Positions 1-9,532 of a DNA stretch of 64,000 bases are shown in pieces. The notes under the pieces were generated by a model. It did no database searches. It was given only the letters and a program-made list of their open reading frames with translations, and had not been told where the DNA came from. The DNA lies in the NCBI GenBank assembly GCA_965206845.1, contig OZ242221.1, positions 576,001 through 640,000 on the forward strand, in the 5' to 3' direction. This DNA comes from Cenarchaeum sp. GTDB lineage: Archaea; Thermoproteota; Nitrososphaeria; Nitrososphaerales; Nitrosopumilaceae. How positions within the stretch are numbered: position 1 is the first letter of the stretch; every line of letters starts with the position of its first letter. The translations under genes and the position numbers were made by a program.

Positions 1-321
1 TTCAGCCGGTTTGCAAAGGACGCAAAGACCGATGCCGGCAGGAGCCTGCACTACCGGGACAAGGAGGATGTCTGGGATATAAAGAGGGAGTACTGGACGG
101 GCAGTACCAAGACGCCCACAAAGCTTCCGCGCAGCCTCATAGAGAAGATCCTGCAGCACTCCAGCGTGGAGGGGGACGTGGTGCTTGATCCGTTTCTGGG
201 CTCCGGCCAGGTGGCCGTGGTGGGCAAGCTCATGGGGCGCAGGTATCTGGGGTTTGAGATCGTAAGGGAGTACTACGAGTTTGCAAAGGAGAGGCTGGAT
301 GCCGGCTCGTACAGGATCTGA
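1..321 (+). CDS. Site-specific DNA methyltransferase (N4/N6, beta class), 3' part only
   Basis: Not in ORF track; frame 1 reads ...DVWDIKREYW...TPTKLPRSLIEKILQHSSVEGDVVLDPFLGSGQVA...RRYLGFEI...RI*; C-terminal motif I (DPFxGSG). Confidence 0.85.
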   Translation, partial: FSRFAKDAKTDAGRSLHYRDKEDVWDIKREYWTGSTKTPTKLPRSLIEKILQHSSVEGDVVLDPFLGSGQVAVVGKLMGRRYLGFEIVREYYEFAKERLDAGSYRI

Positions 322-353
322 CCCGGCTGTAGTCCCACGGGATCTGCGCCTGG

Positions 354-686
354 CTATCCGTCGGCGGGATCCTTGTATCCCACCTTTTCTGTGATCGTCT
401 TTTGCAGCTCGGCAGTGGGCATCCCGTCTGGGTTTATGCCCAGCGACCTTGCAATCGCCTCAAACTTCTGCCTCTCGTTCTCCACGGGGCCGCTTACCTT
501 TACGGTACCGCCGGTCATCTCGTTTACCTGGCTCTCGATACCCTTCCTTGCCTTGTTGAACTCGTTGGTTGCCTGGCCCAGCTTCTTTGCCGCATCTGGA
601 AGCTTGCTGGTTCCAAAGATCAGAACCAGCGCTACAAAGACTATGACGATCCACTCGCTTCCACCGATGTTTAGCGGATCCAACAT
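354..686 (-). CDS. tatA: Twin-arginine translocase TatA/E subunit
   Basis: GGSEWIVIVFVALVLIFGTSKLPDAAKKLGQATNEF: TM helix, FG hinge and amphipathic helix. Confidence 0.85.
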   Translation of the reverse strand: MLDPLNIGGSEWIVIVFVALVLIFGTSKLPDAAKKLGQATNEFNKARKGIESQVNEMTGGTVKVSGPVENERQKFEAIARSLGINPDGMPTAELQKTITEKVGYKDPADG

Positions 687-820
687 TGTACAGATCACGT
701 CATCTTAAATTAAAGATTTGTATGCATGCGGTTTTTGGGATCGGCCGCGACGCCGGTGAGAGTTGCCGGGTTGTGTGGACGCCGACGCGCCAACCCACCT
801 GCGAGACTGCTGGCACGGCC

Positions 821-1510
821 TCATTTGTACGCGCCGACTATAATCGCCCCGCCCATGAGATCCTTCTCAAAATCCACTCGGGAGAACTTCTCCAGCAGCA
901 TGGCCTCCAGATCCCTGTTCTTTGGCCACCGTCGGTACGTGCCGTACAGTGTCGCAAACTTGAGTCCGAGTCTCCCGCCGGCGGCAAGGGCAATCACAGG
1001 AAGTATCGCCCTGAGATAAAACGAGACGCCGGCGCGCACCACGGCATTGTCTGGCTTGCCCAAGTCGACTAGGACAAAGACCCCTCCCTCCTTGAGCACC
1101 CGGCATATCTCGGATATGGCCACGCGGAGGCTTATGGCGTCCCTGAGCGAGTATCCGCACATCACTGCGTCAAACTGCCCGTCCCTGAACGGGATGTGCT
1201 CAAAGACGCCGCAGGACAAGTCTGGTGCATCTGCAAAGAGCCTGCCCGTGTTCTTGAGCATCGGCACAAGCGGATCGTACAGGGTAATGCGGATGTTGCA
1301 CATCTCTGATGCGGTCTTTGACATGTTCCCAAAACCGGATCCCGCGTCAAGCACCCTGCTGCCGGGGGCGATACGGCCATGGATGGCCCGGCGCCTGTGG
1401 GACGCGTCCTTTCCAAGGGATATGCACGAGTTTACCCTGTCGTACACGGGAATTATGTCCTTGAGAACCTCAAGAACCTCTCCCCAGTAGTTACTCCCAA
1501 GCCCCAACAC
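821..1510 (-). CDS. Class I SAM-dependent methyltransferase (UbiE/MenG-like)
   Basis: YDRVN, VLDAGSGFG, IPFRDGQFDAV, RVLKEGG motifs. Confidence 0.8.
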   Translation of the reverse strand: MLGLGSNYWGEVLEVLKDIIPVYDRVNSCISLGKDASHRRRAIHGRIAPGSRVLDAGSGFGNMSKTASEMCNIRITLYDPLVPMLKNTGRLFADAPDLSCGVFEHIPFRDGQFDAVMCGYSLRDAISLRVAISEICRVLKEGGVFVLVDLGKPDNAVVRAGVSFYLRAILPVIALAAGGRLGLKFATLYGTYRRWPKNRDLEAMLLEKFSRVDFEKDLMGGAIIVGAYK

Positions 1511-1541
1511 GCGTCACCTGCCACCGGGAACGGATGGCCCG

Positions 1542-2273
1542 TTATGCATTGTTCTTGAACTTTTCGAGCGCCAGTTTCGAGTACTTTTGCAGGTCCTCGT
1601 CTGAGACTTTTTCAAGTGACTTGGTGTCAGATGAGATGAACGCCATCTTGATGTGCTTGACGCCGTCTTCGTTGTGTGACTTGAGGTTTACAGCTGCAAT
1701 TGCCAGTGCCGCACCCTCCTCCAGCGTGATGTTGTCGGCGTATGCCTTCTCCAGAAAATCGTTCACCTCTTCGGCCCCCGCGCCTATCGCCACTGCCGCA
1801 AAGGAGACATACGTCCCGCTGGGATCCGTGACATAGACTGACTCGCCCTTCTGGTCGACTCCTGCAATTATCAGGGATACGCCGTAAGGCCGAACGCCCG
1901 AGTACTGGGTAAACTGGTGACACTGATCTGCCAGATGCTTTGAGACCGTCTCGACCTCCACTGACTCGTCGTACGCTATCTTGTTGCTCTGGGCAAAGAG
2001 CCGGGCCCGATCCACCTGTATTCTGGCATCCGGAATGTATCCTGCCGCCGCCACGCCTATGTGCCGATCCACCTGAAAGATCTTCTGCGTTATGTTCGAT
2101 GTCTGCAGAGCCCTGGCCTTCTCTTCTACTGCCACTAGAACCCCGTTCTGGGTTTTGATTCCTATCGCCAGAGTTCCGCGCTTTACCGTCTCGATGGCGT
2201 ACTCGACTTGGTATATTCTTCCATCAGGCGAGTACATTGTAGGGGTCATATCGTACCCCCTGGAAGGCATCAT
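1542..2273 (-). CDS. psmA: Proteasome alpha subunit
   Basis: YDMTPTMYSPDGRIYQVEYA signature; RPYGVS. Confidence 0.97.
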   Translation of the reverse strand: MMPSRGYDMTPTMYSPDGRIYQVEYAIETVKRGTLAIGIKTQNGVLVAVEEKARALQTSNITQKIFQVDRHIGVAAAGYIPDARIQVDRARLFAQSNKIAYDESVEVETVSKHLADQCHQFTQYSGVRPYGVSLIIAGVDQKGESVYVTDPSGTYVSFAAVAIGAGAEEVNDFLEKAYADNITLEEGAALAIAAVNLKSHNEDGVKHIKMAFISSDTKSLEKVSDEDLQKYSKLALEKFKNNA

Positions 2274-2348
2274 ACCTGGTGTCTGGCACCAGTCAATTTA
2301 AGGGTAATTGTTATGCCACCTGCCTGGATTCGGCTGCAGGATCGCCCG

Positions 2349-3260
2349 CTATACAGAGTCGGGGCGACTGTCCTGATCATGCATCAGTGAGAAGACCTGA
2401 TCCAGTCCCTCCCTGTATGACGGGTATCGCATCTTCACGATGCCGGATATCTTTTTGTTGGATGTCCTCACATTCGTGGTCAGTAGCGTTGTCGCGTCGT
2501 GTCCAAGTATGGTTCTGGCAAGAAACACGGGAACGCTGCCCGGGTGTTTTTTGCCCAGCTTGTCTGCACAGTAGTTCACCATATCCCGAAAGGCGCAGGG
2601 TTCAGAGTCGGATATGATGTATGGCCCATCGGCTCCGCCCTTCTCCAGCACCGCAACCAGCGCAGATACCGCATCATCCACGTGGACAAGGCTCTTGACG
2701 TACTTGCCGCCTCCGGGGCTCTTGAATCGCCCATGCCTTATTCTGTCAAGTATGAATTTGGTAAACCATCCGCCGTTGCCGTACACGTCTCCCAGGTATG
2801 CTGTGCAGAATCCGACGGAGCTCTCGCGGCATCTCCTCTGCAGCTCCTCCTGCGCCTCCACCCGGATCTTTGCAAAATTTGTGTTCGGGTTTATCGGCGT
2901 GGACTCGGTGATCGTGCACCTGCAGTCCCCAAAGACCCCCAGGCCAGACACGTACACGAACAGTTTTGTCCTGTCCCGTATGCTCTCAAAGAGGTTCAGC
3001 GCGCCGTCGTAGTTTACACGCCTGAGCATCTTCTGGTTCTTCGTCAGCGGGGTGAGCGACGCCAGGTGGACTACCGCGTCCCAGTCTTCCCCGGGCAGCT
3101 CGGGCTTTGGGCCTGCTAGGTCCAGACGCACCTGCCGGATGCCGGCGTGCGGCACCGTCCCGGTGTGCGATGTGCCGGTTACGTCGTGATTGCTCTCAGC
3201 AAGCCGCCGCACCAGGTTGCCGCCGATAAACCCCGATGCGCCGGTCACCAGAACCCTCAT
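2349..3260 (-). CDS. NAD-dependent epimerase/dehydratase (extended SDR)
   Basis: VLVTGASGFIG, VVHLAS, VHVDDA; start set at MRVLVTG. Confidence 0.85.
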   Translation of the reverse strand: MRVLVTGASGFIGGNLVRRLAESNHDVTGTSHTGTVPHAGIRQVRLDLAGPKPELPGEDWDAVVHLASLTPLTKNQKMLRRVNYDGALNLFESIRDRTKLFVYVSGLGVFGDCRCTITESTPINPNTNFAKIRVEAQEELQRRCRESSVGFCTAYLGDVYGNGGWFTKFILDRIRHGRFKSPGGGKYVKSLVHVDDAVSALVAVLEKGGADGPYIISDSEPCAFRDMVNYCADKLGKKHPGSVPVFLARTILGHDATTLLTTNVRTSNKKISGIVKMRYPSYREGLDQVFSLMHDQDSRPDSV

Positions 3261-3421
3261 GTCACGCATGGCGCGGCTCCGCATTTATTGTTTGGCTGCC
3301 CGGATGCGCCACATCCCGGAGCTGCCAGTCTGCAGCTGCATGCGCAGGGGAGAAGGGCGCCATAGGCTACGCCCCGTATCAGGGCTGTCTCAAAGATGAC
3401 AAAATGATCCCGTGAATCGGC

Positions 3422-3610
3422 CTAGCGTCTTCTGCGCCTCTGGCCGGGTTTGTTCTGTCCGGGGAATCTCGGGTGAATGGGATCAAACCTCTTCTTGTAG
3501 TTGCTCTTGTTCCTCAGGCTCGAGTTTGTTCCGATTCTCTTTCTTCCCTCAACCTTTGGAGTCTGACTTCTGACCTTTCCCGCCTTGGTAAGCGATCCGT
3601 GTGTTGCCAT
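3422..3610 (-). CDS. rps30e: 30S ribosomal protein S30e
   Basis: HGSLTKAGKVRSQTPKV signature. Confidence 0.95.
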   Translation of the reverse strand: MATHGSLTKAGKVRSQTPKVEGRKRIGTNSSLRNKSNYKKRFDPIHPRFPGQNKPGQRRRRR

Positions 3611-3882
3611 AGTATACCGCTTGTGGATTTTAATTTATGTATTGTGTTCTGGCGCACGCCGTCTGCCGTACAGGGCCGGATGCGAGGGCTTGTCCAGACG
3701 CGCAAGTCCGTGCCTGAACAAAGTCTGGAGCCCTTGTTGTACCGCAGCACCGGGCTGCACGGGAGCCAGACACGCACCTGCCAGCCCCGGGACACCCTGC
3801 AGGTACGATTTGGCGGCGAACGGGACACTGTATCTTTAGGGATGCATGATCGCGGCACTTGGCACCATGGCCGGACGTAACT

Positions 3883-5610
3883 CTACCAGTACTTTACCTT
3901 GATCTTCTCAATGACCCGTTCGTGTTCTTGGCCGTGGCGGCGCGCGTACCTTTCCATGGCACCCAACGGGACACCTCCCAGGGATCTGGCAAGGAAGTTG
4001 AAGAAGACCTTTTGGGGCGAGCCGTGGCCGCCGGTCTTGGTCATGAACTTTTGAATCCCGTACTTGAAGTTGTGCTGCCATGTCTTGTACATGACACCCA
4101 GCTGTGCGGGGCTCATCTCGTTTCCAATGTTGAAGAACTGGGACTTTTCCAGCAGTCCGATGGGAACAAACGTGAGTGGGGTCGTGGTAAACATAGAGTC
4201 GGGCTGCTCCCTCTCAAGCTCGCTGATTATCCGCACCGTATCCCACGAGTCCTCCGGGGTCTCGTCATTGTCAAGGCCCATAATCAGCGTAAATGCCGGA
4301 ATCCAGTGGTACTCGTTGAGTGACTTTACGCCCTCCTTTACCACCCAGTGCCACTCCTCTGGAGCGTACGGCGCCAGCTTTCTGTCGGCATATTTCTCGA
4401 TCAGCCTGAGGCTTCCTGTTTCAAACCCGCACTGAATCCCGGTCATGTTTCCCGGGCCGGACCTTATGATCTTGGACAGTTTTGGTATGAGCTTCTCGTC
4501 GGCAATGGCTCCTGCCAAGGTACCGTGGGTCGGGTTTGTGTGTGGAACCCCGGTGGACATTATGGTCGTGAAGAGATCCACCAGCGCCTCCCGGTTGGGC
4601 TCCATTCCCTTGCTGGTGCGGGGATCCAGACCATAGACAAAGATATCGTCGCTGTGCACCCAGGCAGACTTTGCACCGCCCTTTTTGAGGTTGACCTCGA
4701 TCTCCCTTTTGACCTTCTCTGGCGGGTAGTACCGCAGGGCGCGCAGGGTCACGTCACAGAACTTGCAGCCACGGCCGCAGCCACGCATGACTTCTATCAT
4801 GCCGTGCATGCTAGGCTCCACGATATCTGGAATCTCTTCTATGTCCGGCTTGTCCCAAAAGTTTACAAATCGTCCGTGCAGTTTTTCGCCGTCACGCTCA
4901 AACTCCTTTATGTTTACCTTAAAGTTGCTCCTCTTTCTGAACGGATCCATGTTATCAAAGTCACCGTTTATCAGATAGCGGAAGAACCGCCCCGCGTGGC
5001 CGTCGATCTCTGGCGCAATGCCGCCCAGCTCGCCCTCCAGTATGGCATAAATCCCGTATTCTTGAATCTTTGCGGGATCATAGTTGTACTGCCAGGTGCC
5101 TGACGCACCGGCGATCACCTTGGCATGGCTGCCGGACTTTTCCTTTGCCGCGTTAATTCTCATGTGGAGCTCGCGGTTGTAAAACTCGTCGTAGGAGATC
5201 TGCTTGCGCCCGTACGTAAATGTCATGGTAACCGGCCCCATTCCCAAGGGATCCATCTCGTATGTTCCCACCACCTCGGTCTCCGGGCCGATGAACTGCT
5301 CGATGTGATCCGGATGCGCCACTACGACGTCCTCACGCCTAAAGCCGTCACGCAGCAGTCCTGCCTCCACCTTTCGCAGGCCGTACGGGGCATAGTTTGC
5401 AACCCCGTTGGTGTGGGGGATATAGTTACAGATAAAGTCAAACAGCACTTTGGGGGTCACCTGGTTCTTGAGCACCTTGTACCAGAAGCTTCGCTTGTCC
5501 CTGTGGGGGTCAAGTGCTGGTGCACACCCAAAGAATGTGGCAAGGGAGATGTTCCTGTACGGGGACATGAGGGTTCGATCTGCTGTGAGTACTATTTTTG
5601 GGTGTCCCAT
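3883..5610 (-). CDS. B12-binding radical SAM protein, GDGT ring synthase (Grs)-like
   Basis: IVLTADRTLMS, APYGLRKVEA, DPLGMGP, EVMRGCGRGCKFC (CxxxCxxC). Confidence 0.75.
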   Translation of the reverse strand: MGHPKIVLTADRTLMSPYRNISLATFFGCAPALDPHRDKRSFWYKVLKNQVTPKVLFDFICNYIPHTNGVANYAPYGLRKVEAGLLRDGFRREDVVVAHPDHIEQFIGPETEVVGTYEMDPLGMGPVTMTFTYGRKQISYDEFYNRELHMRINAAKEKSGSHAKVIAGASGTWQYNYDPAKIQEYGIYAILEGELGGIAPEIDGHAGRFFRYLINGDFDNMDPFRKRSNFKVNIKEFERDGEKLHGRFVNFWDKPDIEEIPDIVEPSMHGMIEVMRGCGRGCKFCDVTLRALRYYPPEKVKREIEVNLKKGGAKSAWVHSDDIFVYGLDPRTSKGMEPNREALVDLFTTIMSTGVPHTNPTHGTLAGAIADEKLIPKLSKIIRSGPGNMTGIQCGFETGSLRLIEKYADRKLAPYAPEEWHWVVKEGVKSLNEYHWIPAFTLIMGLDNDETPEDSWDTVRIISELEREQPDSMFTTTPLTFVPIGLLEKSQFFNIGNEMSPAQLGVMYKTWQHNFKYGIQKFMTKTGGHGSPQKVFFNFLARSLGGVPLGAMERYARRHGQEHERVIEKIKVKYW

Positions 5611-6124
5611 GTTTGTTATCGCTTTGATCTCTTAATTATTTATTTTAAACCTTCTGTATTGGGCCCGCTTGCATGGCCTGCCATCGCACAACTGGAGGCT
5701 GAAGATGCGTCTCTTTGACCGCCTTATGCAGCCACGGCCCCGATCTGCTGCCTGGATCCCGCCAAACCGTACAGGGTCGTCCCCGAGAACCTGTTCCGGG
5801 CCACATTTCACATACTTTTGGCCGCCTGTGGGCGTACCCATGTGGTGCCATGAGCCACACCGGAAGATCGCAAGCCGTTCTTGGGTGGACGGTATGCCTG
5901 CCTCGACGCGGCCCGGGGACAGATGTGTACAGCCAAATGGGCAAACATAACAGTTAACTAACCAGCACCACGCTGGTGTGCCATATGCCTGCAAGAAAGA
6001 ATGGAAAACACCAGCGACGGGCAGATCAAAAGGCCAAGCGGAGGACGGATAAGAAATCGAAGGGGCATCAGACCCGGGCGCGTTAAATTAACACTTTTAC
6101 ATCAACAATACATGGAGAATTCTA

Positions 6125-6832
6125 ATGAATCCGCTGGTTAGGATCGAGCAGGCGCGTCAGGACGGCCGCATACCGCCGGATGCCTACAAGCTGATAGTAG
6201 ACAGGGCCCACATCATGTACAGCGGAATAGATCGCATAGAGAGGGCATCCGGGATCAGCTTTCCTGTGTCGTATGTGGAGCCGTCCATTCTGGTAACGCC
6301 CCCCGATGCAGGATCCTTCCAGTTTGGCGTGCTGTACGCCAGAACCATCCCCCTGATACTGGATGAAAAGCTCCAGGTGGTAATCCAGGTGTGTGCTCCA
6401 TTGGTTTCATACGGGCTCAGGGGCACGATACACGCGGTTCTGGCACACGAGTTCCTGCATTATCTGGAGCTGCTCAGCAGGATATCAAAGATGAGGTTGC
6501 TCTCAGACGAGATCACCGGGAATGTGTTTGAGAGTGTGTACGCCGACGAGACGCGGCTCTTTGAGCCTGGAGCGGTCTTTACGGACAGGACGCTTCTCCG
6601 CCACATCACCAAAAAATTTCCATCTGGCTTTCGGGACTACAGGCTAGAGGACAAGGTGATGGAGCACTGGATCGAGCGCGGGCTTCCGCAGTCAGGCATT
6701 GCACTGGACAGAAATTTTGCCCGGATCTCTGTCAAAACGCTGTCGGCGGTCAGCCTTGATCCCAAATTTCTGGCGCGCCTAAACGAGATAGAACGCAAAA
6801 GCGAGGCCGTCAGAAAGCGGATGCGCTACTAA
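6125..6832 (+). CDS. Hypothetical protein with HExxH motif
   Basis: 235-aa ORF, AHEFLHYLE, AT-rich promoter-like sequence upstream. Confidence 0.7.
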   Translation: MNPLVRIEQARQDGRIPPDAYKLIVDRAHIMYSGIDRIERASGISFPVSYVEPSILVTPPDAGSFQFGVLYARTIPLILDEKLQVVIQVCAPLVSYGLRGTIHAVLAHEFLHYLELLSRISKMRLLSDEITGNVFESVYADETRLFEPGAVFTDRTLLRHITKKFPSGFRDYRLEDKVMEHWIERGLPQSGIALDRNFARISVKTLSAVSLDPKFLARLNEIERKSEAVRKRMRY

Positions 6833-6999
6833 ATAAACTCGGTCAGGTTGCACTTGCCACAGTGGTGCCTGTCCTTGTGGTTTGACATGAATGTGCCATG
6901 GCCGCACCGTGAGCAGATCTTTCTCACCCTGGAGGCCTTGTTGCCGTCTATGCTGTAGTATGTCTGGATCTTGGGACTGGAGCCCTTTCTTCCTGCCAT
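6829..6999 (-). CDS. rps27ae: 30S ribosomal protein S27ae
   Basis: Below ORF-track cutoff; MAGRKGSSPKIQTYYSIDGNKASRVRKICSRCGHGTFMSNHKDRHHCGKCNLTEFI*; follows rps24e. Confidence 0.93.
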   Translation of the reverse strand: MAGRKGSSPKIQTYYSIDGNKASRVRKICSRCGHGTFMSNHKDRHHCGKCNLTEFI

Positions 7000-7307
7000 T
7001 ACTCCGATGCCCCCTCCGCCGCTTTTCTTGCCTTGTCAAACCGTGTCATGATGCTGGGATTGATGTGCTTCCTTGCCAGATCCTCGTCGTCATACACGTA
7101 GAATGTGCCCTTTACGTCGGTTCTTCCAACCTGGTTCTTCAGCAGAATGGGAATGACCAGCTTGCCACCAAGGCCAAGCTCCTCTGTTACCATCTCTGTC
7201 GCCTTCATCTTGCCCAGCCTTCCGCTCATATTGGCAAAGCTGCACACGATCTCCCTCCTGGAGAGAAAAGGGTTGCTCACGTCGCTCTCGGCTCTTACCA
7301 CAGACAT
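6999..7307 (-). CDS. rps24e: 30S ribosomal protein S24e
   Basis: NPFLSRREI, GTFYVYDDED; upstream of rps27ae. Confidence 0.88.
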   Translation of the reverse strand: MSVVRAESDVSNPFLSRREIVCSFANMSGRLGKMKATEMVTEELGLGGKLVIPILLKNQVGRTDVKGTFYVYDDEDLARKHINPSIMTRFDKARKAAEGASE

Positions 7308-7444
7308 TTATCCGAATCAACTGCCAAGTTCTTATAAATCTTGATTGAAAGGTCCGGTGGCAGGACAGGGAGAAGACACCCATCACATGGAAGAACCTTG
7401 GCGCGTTTGGCAAGAAATTTATGAAATCAAGTCCAGCGAGTGCT

Positions 7445-8005
7445 GTGGATCGGTTTATGCTGCACTTGGAGAACCAGGGCTTTGAGCCGCAGGACGCGCA
7501 GCATCTGCTTCGGCGGGCCAGGGATCTCTGCTCCGACATGGATGCAACGCTACGGGATGTCCGGGTCTCCAGCAGATATCTCGAGTACGATGTCTCGATA
7601 GCAAAGGAACGGATGGATGAGCTGGTGGCCAGGCTAGGACCCGTGGGGCCGATCAGCCGCTCCAAGCACCTGGTGGAGGAGGAGATAGAGAAGGAGCAGG
7701 CAGTCAGGGACGGCATATCGTGCTTTAACGACGAACGGTTCTGGGAGGCCCACGAGATGCTGGAGGGCGTATGGAAGCGATCCCTTGAGGGCGAGCGGGA
7801 TCTGGTGCAGGGGATAATTCTTGTGGCTGCCGCCTTTGTGCACTACCAGAAGAACGAGAACCGCATCTGCATGTCGATTATGGGCAGGGCGCTGGCAAAG
7901 CTGTCAAGCTCCAGCGGCACTTATCGAGGAATTGACGTGGACAGGCTGAGAAGCAGGGTTGCAGCAATCAGGAACTCGGGAGCAATCTCTACGTTTGCGA
8001 TCTGA
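7445..8005 (+). CDS. DUF309 domain protein
   Basis: FNDERFWEAHEMLEGVW...QGIILVAAAFVH; GTG start ~25 bp after TTTATGAA. Confidence 0.85.
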   Translation: MDRFMLHLENQGFEPQDAQHLLRRARDLCSDMDATLRDVRVSSRYLEYDVSIAKERMDELVARLGPVGPISRSKHLVEEEIEKEQAVRDGISCFNDERFWEAHEMLEGVWKRSLEGERDLVQGIILVAAAFVHYQKNENRICMSIMGRALAKLSSSSGTYRGIDVDRLRSRVAAIRNSGAISTFAI

Positions 8006-9248
8006 TGAGGTTCAGGGCTGTCTTTACCACCTCTGCGCCCATGATTAGGCCTATGCCCCCTGTTGCCGCGTCCTTCTCCGTAACGCGCTCTGTTGCGTCG
8101 CTTTTTATCGAGTCTCCAGACACCAGCACCGGCACGGGATCGTCGCTATGGCCCTTCATGATGCAGGGCGTGCTGTGATCCGCAGATATCACCACCGTAA
8201 CCCTGGCCGGATCTATGTTCTTCAGCAGGGTGCCAAAGAACCGCCCGTCTATCTCCTCGATGTTTCTTGTCTTGCCGGTGGCGTCGCCGTCGTGTCCGAA
8301 CTCGTCGGGGCCCTTCAGGTGTACGTATATTGCGTTCTGCTCGTCCATTGACTTGGCTGCGACCAGAGCCTTCTCCTCATAGTCAGTTAGGCCTCCGGCC
8401 TCAAAGGACTTCATCTTCAGGACTCTGGATATTCCCTGCTCCACCGGCATATCCACTATACACGAGAACTTCATCGAGTACTTTTCGTTGATGGGCTCCA
8501 CCACGGGATACGCGCTACCGGCATCGCGAAGCAGTATGCTACTCAATGGCTTTTTGTCCTGCTGGGATCTCCGACGGTTCACCCCACTCCCTGCCATAAT
8601 CCTCATAGACTGCTCGGTGAACTCGTTTACCAGATCTGATGCCAGCACCGCTCCGGGATCGTCTCCCAGAGGCAGGCACCTGTCTATTCTCAAAAAGTCA
8701 CCTACCGCCTTTGCAATTCCCATCCCCTCCAGCCTGGCGTACGCAGGATCAGTGTTGGTAATGTCAGACGAGAGCCTTCTGTCTGCCCTTATCCTTACGG
8801 TGAGCCTGTGGCCTATGGTGGGCGCAACCACCACCGAGGTATCGGGGTGCGAGAACCTTACACCGCGCTCGATCTCCGCCGCTATCTCTGCTGCGTCTCT
8901 TCGCTCGATGTGCCTCCCTGCGCGCCGGTCTGTGATCACCCCGTTGCTCATTGTTGCAAAGTTCCCCCTGAGCGCCAGATCGCCGTCCCTGAAATCGATG
9001 CCGATTCCCACCGCCTCGATCACTCCGCGGCCAGCATAGTCTACATGCTGAAACCTGTATCCAAGCATGTTGAATACGGCAATGTCGGATTCGGGGGCTA
9101 TTCCCTTCCCGACAGATATCACCTGGCCCATGGCACCGTTTCTTGCAAGCCGATCCATGTTGGGCGTCTTGGCAGCCTCCAGTGGTGTCATGCCCTGCAG
9201 GTCAGGGTGCGGCAGATCCCCCACGCCGTCAAGTAGAACGTATACCAT
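7989..9248 (-). CDS. apgM: 2,3-BPG-independent phosphoglycerate mutase (archaeal)
   Basis: LLDGVGD, TPLEAAKTPNMD, PESD, HLKGPDEFGHDG, SADHSTP. Confidence 0.93.
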   Translation of the reverse strand: MVYVLLDGVGDLPHPDLQGMTPLEAAKTPNMDRLARNGAMGQVISVGKGIAPESDIAVFNMLGYRFQHVDYAGRGVIEAVGIGIDFRDGDLALRGNFATMSNGVITDRRAGRHIERRDAAEIAAEIERGVRFSHPDTSVVVAPTIGHRLTVRIRADRRLSSDITNTDPAYARLEGMGIAKAVGDFLRIDRCLPLGDDPGAVLASDLVNEFTEQSMRIMAGSGVNRRRSQQDKKPLSSILLRDAGSAYPVVEPINEKYSMKFSCIVDMPVEQGISRVLKMKSFEAGGLTDYEEKALVAAKSMDEQNAIYVHLKGPDEFGHDGDATGKTRNIEEIDGRFFGTLLKNIDPARVTVVISADHSTPCIMKGHSDDPVPVLVSGDSIKSDATERVTEKDAATGGIGLIMGAEVVKTALNLIRSQT

Positions 9249-9532
9249 ATGGACATCTGGCTCTGTAATGACGATCTCCCCTCATGCTCGCGACCCGTCA
9301 CAGACGTTTTAAAGGTATCATTATTTGCAGGGCGCGGAGCTGCACCACTCGTCTGGGCACGGACATAATTCCCGGTGTCCGGCCAGATGCGGCATGAGGC
9401 CAGATCCATCCGTGCCTAGGTACGAGCACACGCACCCTGAAGGATGCCTACGCCTGGCTCGATGCGACAGGCGACCCTCCGTACCCGGCACACCATGAAA
9501 AGATTTTATCGTGTAAGGTGTGTTGGTGTACA

